A stretch of DNA of 64,000 nucleotides, taken from positions 133,715 through 197,714 of the forward strand of contig MU619263.1 in the NCBI GenBank assembly GCA_025201805.1. Direction: 5' to 3'. Position 1 is the first letter of the stretch. Each line of letters starts with the position of its first letter. This stretch comes from Parasitella parasitica NRRL 2501 (Eukaryota > Fungi > Mucoromycota). The position numbers were made by a program, and so were the translations under genes. Below are positions 51,308-64,000 of this stretch, in pieces. The notes below the pieces were generated by a model. That model saw nothing but the letters and a program-made list of their open reading frames with translations, made no database searches and was not told the origin of the DNA.

Positions 51308-54257
51308 TCAAGTAAACTTCTTTGCATTAGCTTTGACCCAGTCAGCAACAAGTTGATGGTCTCGTCCAACCCATTTGGCATTGACTCTATTACCTTCCAA
51401 AGCTTGTTGAAGAGGACGTGCGTATTCCTTGGTATCCTTATCAGCAAAAAAGGCCTCGATTTCATCAATGCGGTCTGAGGATACAAATCCGCCAACAGCA
51501 GAGCGGATAGCAGACCCAAACAAGCTTATAGACTTAGCAAACTTGGCATGCAAGACGTCAAAGTTTTTAGTAAAGAATTCCCATAAAAGATCACGAGCAT
51601 CAGGGTTAGAGCTCAGGGAACCAAATACATAGAGAGAATCTTGACCTCTGACTTCCTTGTCATCCATGGACATGGCAAGGTATCTTTCGATCAAAGCCTT
51701 GCTCTTGACACCACCCAAGGAGTTGAGAGCAATCAATCTTTGATCAGTAGGGAGGTTTTCGTCACGATAAATCTTGAGGATCTGCTCCCAGAACTTCTCT
51801 TCTTCTTCCTCATTCTCAGCAGCACCCAAGACAATGTTATATACGGGACCACGGAGGTTAGGATGAAGAGAGTCATTGTTGCCTTCAACAAATTGCCAGA
51901 AACGCTTCTTGGCTTCTTCCACCGTCTTGGCATCGTCGGAGCGACCAGCATTAGTTAGAGCAAGAACACGCAAGATGTTGGTAAGATAGTCTTCATTCTC
52001 TGCAAATTCCCAGCCAAGTTTATGAGCAATAGGAGCAAACAAGCTGCGACGCAGTGCCTTTAAACCATCACGGATCTCCTCTGGTTGCTCATACCATACA
52101 CCGAGAATTTTGCTGAGATGAGTGCTCAATTGAGACCACACACTATGCAATGTATTTCGTCAAGTCAGCCAATATCGAGCTCATATTTAATCTATACTTA
52201 CAAGTAGTTTTCTTCATTGACAAAAGCCTGAGCAAGTTCCAAGAAGGCAGTAGTAGTTTGCTCACCACTGACGCACAAGTTTCCTGCATCGGCAATCAAA
52301 CCTACGCGATCAGACGTGTTTGCTAAAAGGCCATCCTTGCCCTTCTTGACCTCATCACCAAGAACACGGATAGTTTCAATAGGATAGTTAACACGGTAAA
52401 CAGATGTTTGACCAGCGTTGATCTTGAACAGACCGTCAGCAGGCACATCAAAGTTTTGAGTCTTCTCAGTCAAAGTATAAGGCTCAATCTTTCCAGGCAA
52501 AAGTACGCCAAGAGGGACCCACCAAACGGTTCCATCCTCCTCCTCTTTCAAGTCGCCGGTAGAGAGATAACGAGATTGAGTAACACTGATAGACTCAGCA
52601 CCGTTGCTCTTGACAGCCAAAACAGGGTAACCGACACGCTTTGTCCACAAGGTCATGAATTTGGACACATCTACATTGGCTTCTTCGCTCAATGCTTTCC
52701 AGAGATCATTGGTAGAGGCGTTGCCCAACTTGTGGCGATGAACATAACGCCTGACACCAGCCAAGAAAGTGTCAACGCCAAGCCATGAGCTCAACATACG
52801 AATAACACTGGCACCCTTGTAATAGGAAATGGCATCGAAAATTTGGTGGATTTCAGCGGGGTCGTTGACAACAACTTCAATGGGATGGGATGAGCGAAGC
52901 GCATCCAGACTCAATGCACGAGGCATGTCCTCGTTGACAAAAGAGGTCCAAACATCCCAATCAGGGAAGATGTTATCCACAGCTAGCCATCCGACCCAAG
53001 TGGCGAAACCTTCGTTCAGCCACAAGTGATCCCACCATTCCATAGTGACCAAGTTGCCAAACCATTGATGAGCCAGCTCGTGACAAACAGTATATGCCGT
53101 ACTCTTTTTAAATACAATCGAAGAAGACTTTTCATCAAACAACAACGCGACAGTTCTATAAGTAATCAAGCCCCAGTTTTCCATGGCACCAGCTTCAAAG
53201 TCAGGGATGGCAACCATGTCGATCTTGGGGAGAGGATAGGGCTCACCAAACACTTTAGCAAAATACTCCAGTGCAGCAACACAGACATTCAAAGCATGAC
53301 GACCTTGCTCGACGGAGCCAGGCAAGGCATAAACACGAGAACGGATGGGCTTTCCGTTATGTTCACCACTAGTAAAGGCTTCAATATACTCAAAAGGACC
53401 GACACAGAAAGCCAAAAGGTATGTGCTCATCAATGGAGTAGTAGAATATTTGACTTCCTTGAGACTCTTGCTAGAGGATTCAGTCTTGCCCTCAGTCTTG
53501 CCCTCAGTCTTGCCCTCAGTCTTGCCCTCAGTCTTGCCAGTAAGTTTACCAGTATCAGAGTAAGGTTTTTCAGAAATAACGTCCATGTTTGAAAGGGCAA
53601 CGAGATCGGATGGAACTACCAATGTAACATCAAAGGTTGCCTTGAGGTTAGGCTCGTCCCAACAGGGGAAAGCTCTACGAGCATCAGTGGGCTCAAATTG
53701 AGTAGTCGCCAAATACTGAGTATTGCCATCAGCGTCCTTGTAGGTAGATCTGTAGAAACCAGCCATATTATCATTCAATTCACCCTCAAAGGAAATGTCC
53801 AATACAGCCTTAGTGTTTGCGGGAACAGATTCTGCAAATGTCATGGTAGCCAAATCCTTTTTATCATCATAAGTAATGTCAGTAGCAGATTGCCTAACAA
53901 AATTTCATATATCAATATCCAGGAACATCCCCCCCCTTTATATTTACAAGTCCTGGAACACTTACTTTGATTCTGTCTTCAGGCCTTCTGAAGACAACAC
54001 GGCAGAATGTATTTTAATATCGCGTGTATTAAGGGTGATTGATTTAGTGTCTTGATCAACATTCAAACTAAATCACGGGGAGGGTTTAGATGCTATATTC
54101 TTTTGCATTAGTTTTTATGAGTTACTTACTTAACCTTGACTTGACCATAGAAGACAAAGGTCTTCAAGTTGGGTTGAAGGGTCAAATCATAATGGGTAGG
54201 CTTGACATTTGTAGGCAAGACTTGACGGTCAGGATTTTCTGCAGTGGATGTACACAT
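51308..54257 (-). CDS. APE2: M1 family aminopeptidase (Ape2/puromycin-sensitive type)
   Basis: LPTNVKPTHYDL, TQFEPTDARRAFPCWDEP, GAMENWGL, HELAHQWFGNLVT, WLNEGFA, and an ERAP1_C domain. Three introns. Confidence 0.95.
53480..53538 (-). repeat. Coding 12-bp tandem repeat x5 encoding (GKTE)5 in the aminopeptidase
   Basis: The unit tcagtcttgccc is repeated about 5 times on the + strand. Confidence 0.95.
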
Positions 54258-56472
54258 ATTAGATGACAGGTCTCTTTTTTCTTCTTTGAAAGTAAAGTGT
54301 AAGAAGAAGGATAAAAGAAGCGTGGTAAAGTTACGAGTTTGTTGCTTTATATTTTCGTATTACGTACACAAAATACGAAATCCAGGCGGCACTTGGCTCA
54401 ATGCAAAAAAATGCCCCTTCTAAAACAGGAATTGTACTCCATAAAAGTCTAGAAGGCAAACACAAATTATAGTCAGACTTTTGTAGATATTAAAAAATCC
54501 GTTTAACGAGATACTAATAATTAACTTTGATAGTCGTATTAATTGTTATTAGCTACATGTTTCTGATCGCTATTGCTAGTGAGCGTTCCAATTGTATTTA
54601 TAGGATGGCTTGCTTAAAATTTGAAAAAACCTTCATCCCCGACGGTCGGCTCAAACTGACAACCATATTGACCTTCTACTTTGGTCAGTTTCTTCCATTT
54701 TTGTAACATGTCAAACTAAAATGAAAAAGCCGATTATAAAAAGCGTTCCATGAGGAAATTGGTACCCATTTATACAAGATACTACATTATTAGGTCCGGG
54801 TTTCTCAAAAAAAAAAAAAAATTACCTGCTAAAGATATTTCGGTTATAACTTTTTTTGACAATATTTGTAAATATGAAGTATTCTAGACGTCTCCAATAT
54901 ATCGAAATTATGTAGAGGCCTTTTGTGCCTTGTTTACATAACACTTGTAACTACATTTTCACGCCTTTTTTCTTTGTTCATCGTAGAACTGGGATATTAT
55001 GCTGATGCATTGGCACAGCATTAAAACATTACTTCTGAACCACCTAAAGGATAAAGCATTAGAATTGAGGTTTTAATCAGTGTTGTCATTATCCGACAAA
55101 TTATTGTTTTACAATAACGAGGTGGTCCACACCACTTTGCTTTGCGAAGTTACTCAAAGTTTAAAAGCATTGCTCACTTACTGACGCCACTGCTCAATTT
55201 GTTCAATCTCATCATTGTAATGGTGTGATGGCTCTATTACGTAAACCTTTGCTTCATCAAGTATTAAATACTGAGCAGTAGTTTTTGGCCCATAACTGCT
55301 TCAAAAAGCACCATCAATGTAAGATCAGACGTACATATCACACTTTAGAGCTAGGGTAAACTGATTCAAACCTTGCTCTCACTGTTAAATTTATACATTA
55401 ATAGCTGGTTTAAGAAATCACTAAATTCCACATAGATAAACGCATAGCTAATACTATTATTATTATTATTTATTACTGAGGCCTGTAGTTGTGCTAGGAC
55501 GTGTCAATTTTTCATTCGCTTCATTTTTTTTTCGGTTATCATTGCCCGTTTTCTGATTATTAGTGTTTATCCCAAAATAAACTGTAGAGCCAAGATAGTA
55601 CCTGGAAAACAGAGGGTTAGCTCAGGGATGTTTTTACCAAATTTGACAGCCCTAAAAGAGGTCTACAATTTCTTTGTAAAGCATATTATCTTGCACAAAA
55701 TAGTATTGAAGAGCAAAGATTTTTTTACAGCTACTATTGCAACTATTTCTGGAAATGATTTATAAATTATGCGTCGCCCAGTGCAAATTAAATATGCATG
55801 GGATAGCCTTAATCATGGCAGTATCACAAAAATATAAAGCGTGGCCTGGTTTCGATGCTATAACATACTTACGATTATAGCTTTTTACAACAAACAAAAA
55901 TAAAGAGACTGCAAGAACTATTTACAGGTACACATTGAAGAAAATGAAACTCTGTTCTCCAAAGCAAGTTGGTGTTAGTTACGAAATTAAATAATAGTAA
56001 CTAAACTGTGTAAAAGAAATTTCAATGTGTTTATAATAAAATTCAATGTATTTATATCTTCACTGTATTCATGCTATCTATGAATTCTCGGCATCCTCCA
56101 AATTCAAACTGTCAAATCTCCTTTTCTGACAAATAAATACTCCACATCAAATGTAACAATGATAGTTATAATCACACTACTGCCCCACCACCTGAGCTGC
56201 ATACATACATAAGTTTGCTTGAAAATTATTTATACAACCTTGAATATTTTGTTAGTTCCTTGATAACGCTTAATGGCGTCATTGTAATGATTCACATTAC
56301 ATGATGTCTCATTTTACATGAAACATCCAATTATTATAAATAGGTTCAACTTCTACCAGATATTGGAACGGCAGTGAAAATGTCTGTAATAGTTACTATA
56401 TTTTATTAAAATAAACATTTCTAATATACTAGCAAATCTATTATGTATAAGTTTTCCTTATCACTACAAACC

Positions 56473-56618
56473 TGATCTGTCAATATTTTTTTTTTAAAGG
56501 TTTTTATTGATTGCTCCGCGTAAAGAACAGTGATGAGACTGCCTCAAGAGACGGGCGCAAAATGATTTGGTAACTAATAAGATAATACATATGTCAAGGC
56601 TAAATGATCTGTCAATAT
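56473..56618 (-). mobile_element. Short 5'-truncated retroposed insertion (LINE/SINE 3' end) with 14-bp TSD and poly(A)
   Basis: TGATCTGTCAATAT occurs at 56473-56486 and 56605-56618. The minus strand of the ~118-bp insert ends ...gagcaatcAATAAAaacctttAAAAAAAAA. Confidence 0.8.
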
Positions 56619-59600
56619 CGATCATTGTTTACATATAAGTTTATAGTTCATATAAACACCGCCGCATTGCTGTCAATTACTTCTTGTCCAATAATATTCA
56701 CATATATGATATAGTAAGTAATAACCCTGATAGCAATGTCAACAATTAGATACACAAACCGTCCATTAACATGGTACATCAATATACTCTTACTACTAGA
56801 TAATTGTACTCCATCACTTGAATATTGAAAAATAAAACTGTTTTTGCAGATAACTACTTTTGACAGAGACATCGCCCCGCGGAAGCCAAGTTATGCTCAG
56901 ATAGCGATGATCATGCCTGTTTTTATGGCGCATAAGACAAGCTATGATTTGCTCTTTATCGAAGTCTATCAACGATTATACAAAATTTCGATATGAAAAT
57001 TTGTGATTTCAGCTGATAATGTTATAGATATCAATGAAAACATGGAAACCAATGTTGTTGCCAGATGGCGTCAAATTAATCATGTAGATTTGAAATCAGC
57101 GTGTCTGATGCTTGCACCAATTGGATATACACAAATACAACAACTTGTTCTTCTATTGTTTCAAAACTTATATGTTAGTTTGCCTTTTTTTTTTCTACTG
57201 ATTGCTATTCTTATCAAGACATAACATGTTAATAGAATCATCGAATTCTGGGCATAATATGTTAATTCCGGGTTTTTTTTTCTTTCTAATTTGTTTTTTC
57301 GTCCTTCTATTTGTTGTTATCAGTGTAATACTTCAGGGTTTCCAATGAGATGATTGGGCTTGATACTATACTATGGACAGACAAGAGGTTGATGATTATT
57401 CTAATTGTAGACAGGGTCACTGTCCGTAATTGTACCTAGTAGAGTGTATGTGCTGGGACTTTAAGCTCGCCTTTAAGCAATTGAAGATTATGAGGGCAAG
57501 TATATAGATTTATTAAATAAAAATAAACGGAAATGAAAAAACAGATAAATTCATTAATGTTCGTTTATCGGTGGTATTAACTGTTGTTTCCATACAAAGG
57601 CTACATATGTCATGTTTAACATGGTTACGATGGAACGTAATTCTTTAACAAATGAGGAATAAGCTATAAGTTTTAATTGATCCTCTTGCAAGGTTCCAGG
57701 CTTATTCAAAGAATACATCAAGATCTTCTCTTTAATGTAAAATAGAAAATAGGTCTGCCCTGGAAATGCTGTGATTTAGTAATGTTTGACTCTTCTTGAC
57801 AATCATCAGATGTTATGTGGATAAACATTGATTGGGATATATTTTAGTATAAATAGAGGTCATTTCTTATGTCAGTAAAAGTCTTTAGTTCTGTATCTGG
57901 TTTTATTCAAAAAGAGTCTCAATTACTTCTTTCATATAACATTTACACAACATTTCCCTGCGCTCTTCGACACTGGCACAATATTAGGTTATTTATATGG
58001 TTTAAAGAATTGAGAAAGATTCTTGATTAGCAGCTTGTTTGCTGCTTATGTAATGTCTGCTTACAAATCATGACAACCAATGTGCATTTGTCATCTATTC
58101 ATCCATTCATTCATTTATTCATTCATATCATTTGGCAAATACCAAATATACCGCTAGTACTTCTGCCTCGCATACTTTATTTGTTGCATGAACTTACCTT
58201 ACTTAAATAGTTTGTATAAATAGGAACCTATTTGATGAAGATTGTTGATAATCATATTATGAATAATTGGTGCAGTAATGTGTTCAACTAATCATTGCAT
58301 AGTGGTATATATGCTTTAAATTGACGATTCACGACAAAAACAAAGATTGCTTATAAGAGCATATAACTTCATGCGTATTTTTCTTTTTACCTGTTGCCTA
58401 CAAGAAGCTGAAAGTTATTGTTATTCTAATTATTACACGTATTTCAAAATCATATTAGATTATATACCTGGATAAAGCTAATAAACTTTCATCTCATTTT
58501 ACATTAGGCGTTTGGCTGTGATCGACAATTCGGCAAGTATCACTCTGGGGACATAATGGATCATCGGCTGATTCGAATCAGTTAAATATCGTTTTATTTT
58601 TAATGTCTTCTATATTTTTATGTTAGGTAATAAGTATTGCTGTTTGTCTCATTTTATAATGGAATACTATCTTTGTCTATGTCATACTTGATCTCAGCCA
58701 GATTAGATTTACGCATGGCAAGCTATAATGGAATTTTACCTGAGCGGATTATATGGCAATGTATGTGGAATTGGTCACTGGGCAGTTGTGAAGTTATTAA
58801 GGTTTATTCTTCAATAAAATTGTTTTCTAAAATTGAAAGTATTTACGAAAATCTAGCTTATCGGTTATTCCATTAATCATTATGCTATTACTACCCTCAT
58901 TACCAATGCTACACTCGCGACCTCATCTCCAAATAACTTGTACTTGACAAACATTTTGAAACTTGATGACTGAATAATCATTATCAATGTATAAATGCCT
59001 TAATATCTATGTTTAAAATTTGCACTCGCAGGTATAAATATTATATACTTTTTGAACATGTAGCATGTGTAATCCTGATTCTTGATATTGGAGATAGTTT
59101 GTAAACAATTTAAAACATACGTTTTTTTTCCCTCCTCTTCTTCAAAAAAGATATTTGAACTGCTACAAATCGCTTCTATAATAGAGGAAAAAAGCATATT
59201 TATATCCTACTATGCACATCACACACCATACATCATACAGTAACGCTTCAATATGAATGATCATTATTGGCATTTAATAGTAGCGATGATCATTTTTATT
59301 CTACATTCATTCACCATATACAGAGTGCGGTCATTTATTTAGCTATTCTATCTGCATCGATTATCATGTCTGTTGACTATTCTTGTGGCCATTTGTCCAG
59401 CGATTTCCAAATTAATAATGTCAAAAAGAGAAGAATTAGTTGCCTTTCTTCATAATCGTATTATCGCTCGTAGTATAGAATATCTCATTCGCTTATAACG
59501 TGCAACATCAATCCTTCTGATACTCGAATCACTGTGGTTGATTCATTCATTTATTTGGCAAGATCATTAGTAGTCGTGTTGAACTCACAAAAGTCAAACG

Positions 59601-59782
59601 CTACTCTTAGCAGTTAAATGAAATTAATCTCATTAGCTTTGTACACTTGATCAACCATTGATTGTAGAGCTTGTTTCTACATTATGACTGTGATTTACAA
59701 GCTAATAAAAAAAAAAAAAACCTTTTTAATTTTCATTTTCTGTCAACACACAATAGAATACATAAAACCATTTAGAACCATC

Positions 59783-60173
59783 ATGGGCAAAACCAAGAAA
59801 GAGTTAACAATAAAAAAAACCCCATATACCCGAAACAGCAAGCCTCAATCAACAAAAGATAAAAAAGCCATTATCAAAAACAAAAAGCCTTTGACCAAAT
59901 CTGAAAAATTAAAGAACGCTGACATGACTGAAAGTTTAGACAGTTTGATGAACGATCTTACACAGCACCTTGCGCCAAAGAAAAAGTTGACCAAGATCAA
60001 AAATGACAATATGGAAGATGTAAGCATGAAATTGAAAGATTTTTTTTTTTTGTTACCTGCATCTAAATTGAATTAACCTTTTGCAGCCAGCGAAATTAGA
60101 AAAGGAACAACGTCGTTTCGAAAAGACACAGACTGACATGGATGAAGCACTTGGTTTATTGACCAAATTGTAG
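59783..60173 (+). CDS. Small basic protein of unknown function (2 exons, possibly nucleolar)
   Basis: MGKTKKELTIKKTPY..., intron 60019-60086, then ...DMDEALGLLTKL*. Lys-rich. Confidence 0.7.
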
Positions 60174-60372
60174 ACAAGTGTTTTATATTATTGATTTTTA
60201 TTAATGAAGAGATAAAAAAAAAGATGAACATAATAAAAAACAACTTGCTTACGGTCCTTTTCTTATGAAAATTTTAGGTGAGGAAAAGTAAACGAACTTT
60301 AGAAAAGATATATAGTTTGAAACAAAGAAAGTAAACAAAGAGTTCTTTTTTTTTCTTTTTTTTTTACGAAAC

Positions 60373-61763
<1,391 letters not shown>

Positions 61764-63199
61764 TTTGAGAATATAAACTTTAGAAAGTGAAAAAGAAGAA
61801 GAAAAAAAAGAGAAAATAAAAAAAGTTGGCAGAAGAGATAAAAAAGAGCGAATTGTACGTAGCCTAACTGTAAACCAAGTGACGCAGATAGATACTATTG
61901 GTCTCTATTGAAAGACGCTGTGTATCAATCCTTTATCCTAGCAACTCAGTTCATTTTGTTGGCACAAAGGGATCCTCAATTTCTCGTGTTTTTGCCTATG
62001 TTACACTCCTAATGAAACTTGTCCTTATTTAACAACCTTGAACAAGAAGCCTCCTACCCTTCCCTCTCCTTTTAATGTACCTCTTTACATTTGGTGTAGA
62101 AAAAAAGGCATTATAATGAATCACAAGACAACATATCCTCCCCCTTTTTTTTATTAGAATGAAAACAGCATATGCCTGGACCTACTCAACCTGATGCCCA
62201 TAAGAGCAATATGTATATGCTGGTAAATACACAAAAAAAGGCCCGAGTTGCGCTCACGCTTTCATATACACAATACAAAAAATAAAAAGCTAGTAATTAA
62301 AAAGATCAAGAAAGATTAAGCCCTAAACATCTTGTTTCCATGTATCCCCTTACATATCTCACACATTTTTCCAATTCTTCATCAGCTTTGTGGTTTACCA
62401 AAAGGATGTTCAAATGGCCTCACATCTCATCCCGGTTGAGCATTATAAGGATATCTATCGTTTGATGAAAACAGGGTATTTTTGAAAGGCATTTGAAAGA
62501 ATCAGTTTATACAAAAACGAGCTGTTTTTGAATGTACGAAATTCGAATTTTCCAAGTTTTAGTATCCTTAACAACAACCAAAAGAATAAAAGGAGACACA
62601 AAGATATCCTACACATGTGGGATTCGTTTTTCGTTTCAAAAAAAAAAACCTTGATTTATCGTTTTGATTGTGTAGTACAACTACAATGAAAGAGTGTCTC
62701 TTGCCACCACACATATCAATTTGCGGGCATCCAATGGGCCTTGTTTTATATTATAGATTGTATGTTGTTTGGCCTATGCACCTTTAACAGCAATTTTGGT
62801 CGTGTTTACGAAACAATGCAACATTTGGTTGAGGTTTACGTTAAAGTTGACTTGCGAGAGCAAAAAAAGTTTTTAAATCAACTTTTTGAGAAATTATACC
62901 AGAACATTACAAAGATGCGTAGTAGACAAACCTCATTAAGTTACCATCAAAAATCAGGCACCAACATTTTTGTTATGCGGAGCTTAGAAGGGCCGGAAAA
63001 ACCAATGATAGATTTGCTTCTGTACATCCATGAAGTTCCCCAAATCATAGTATTGCAATTTTCTCTCGATTAATGGTACTATATCTTAGAAAAATCTTCA
63101 GAACTTTTTTTTTTAACGAAAAAAAAAAAAAAAAACGATACTTGAATATGATTAAACTCTACTCCTTGGAATCATCTAATGCGTTTAGGATGAGTCAGT

Positions 63200-63480
63200 T
63201 ATTATGTGGATATTATGTTCATGTCCTATTTAATTGCATAGAGATCGACTTTGGCAATACTCGCTTCCCTTGGCTGACAATCTTCTATCAAATTTGATTC
63301 AAGATGTTTATATCCAATCCCGGAATCCTATTTTGTAAATTATTAGGACACCCCTAAACCCGTGATAACACATCTAATCAAGTTTCTTGGTTTAGAAGAT
63401 GATGGTTAATAGTGATATCATCAGATGCGTAAGCTAATCCCTATCTTGATCTTAAATCAAGATTATCATCACAAGTGCTT
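63200..63480 (-). mobile_element. Possible decayed LINE reverse-transcriptase relic
   Basis: Broken frames give LAYASDDITI (compare LAYADD) and, downstream, IPG..YKHL (compare YKYLG). Confidence 0.3.
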
Positions 63481-63756
63481 ATGCAAAGAGTATAATATTT
63501 ATATACGGTACATACGTCATGAATAGTTTTATTGTAACACCATCCAGTCAAGTCAATCCGTTATCAGTAGTCAATATGCATACACACGAATACAAATGCT
63601 CCTTTAAATATTATAATTGGACATTATATATTATAACCTAAATATAGCATAAATATCATATTTCTTTATTAACGAGCTTCTGTAAGAAAAAACATAGAGG
63701 GTAACATATAGCTTGTCCTGCTTTCTAAATGATTATATACCGGTATATAAACGAAA

Positions 63757-64000
63757 TCACTTTTTTTTCAGCAACTGAATCAGTTTGCATTGTTCTTCTA
63801 ACAGTTTCTCCAGGCTTAACTCTTGATCTTCTTGTTCATTGTGTAATACATCTTTCAAATACTTGTTTTGAATCATTTTGTACATTGTCTTCGAATTATC
63901 TAGGACTCTGTATAATTCGTCTAGTATTAGGCGTTCCTTGGTATTTTTCGGGATATAATTTGGATTGAAAGCATTGTTTGATGCAGCAGTGATTGGCAAA
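63757..64000 (-). CDS. 3' part of a hypothetical gene running off the window edge
   Basis: An 80-aa open frame reaching the window end with coiled-coil-like composition. No family recognised. Confidence 0.35.
   Translation of the reverse strand, partial: LPITAASNNAFNPNYIPKNTKERLILDELYRVLDNSKTMYKMIQNKYLKDVLHNEQEDQELSLEKLLEEQCKLIQLLKKK

Noticed and set aside
54258-54359. In-frame upstream extension of the aminopeptidase resembling a targeting peptide
   Set aside because: There is no ATG before the in-frame stop at 54360-54362, so it would need a non-AUG start for which there is no evidence.
56528-56565. Hammerhead-ribozyme-like GTGATGAG...GCAAAA
   Set aside because: The core deviates from CUGAUGA...GAAA and the stems do not form convincingly. 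The segment is explained as a retroelement 3' end on the other strand.
62680-63073. Possible MULE/SWIM relic (SCHHTYQFAGIQW) and the 110-aa ORF
   Set aside because: The resemblance to the SWIM C-x-C...GIPC-x-H motif is too degenerate to call.

Overview
This is eukaryotic fungal DNA, most consistent with a Mucorales (Mucor-like) draft genome: AT-rich intergenic DNA, short GT-AG introns and two N gaps. It holds about 20 protein-coding genes, most with introns. In order these are a Cas4/RecB-like nuclease-SF1 helicase fusion, a forkhead TF, TIM50, FKS glucan synthase, a 10-finger C2H2 protein, an RMD1-family protein, ARL2, an AVT-type amino-acid transporter, a coiled-coil protein, PXR1/PinX1, a Yap1-like bZIP, a globin, derlin, an NTF2-like protein, a small secreted protein, a Hst2/SIRT2 sirtuin, POM33/TMEM33, an M1 aminopeptidase, a small basic protein and actin. 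Four things stand out. (1) A three-layer transposon nest at 27.1-30.9 kb. A Helitron is split by an element with perfect 20-bp TIRs, and that element carries a serine-recombinase-like fragment (GYVRTS), a PD-(D/E)xK-like fragment and seven 9-bp motifs spaced 22-23 bp apart. A DIRS-like fragment sits inside it. (2) A globin whose spliced last exon, missed by the ORF track, ends in a polybasic stretch plus a CaaX box. (3) A prokaryote-style Fe-S Cas4-like nuclease/helicase fusion that does not look like ordinary Dna2. (4) A short Fanzor/TnpB-like relic at 42.8 kb. All family assignments are from motif recognition by eye, with no database searches, and exon boundaries were inferred manually.
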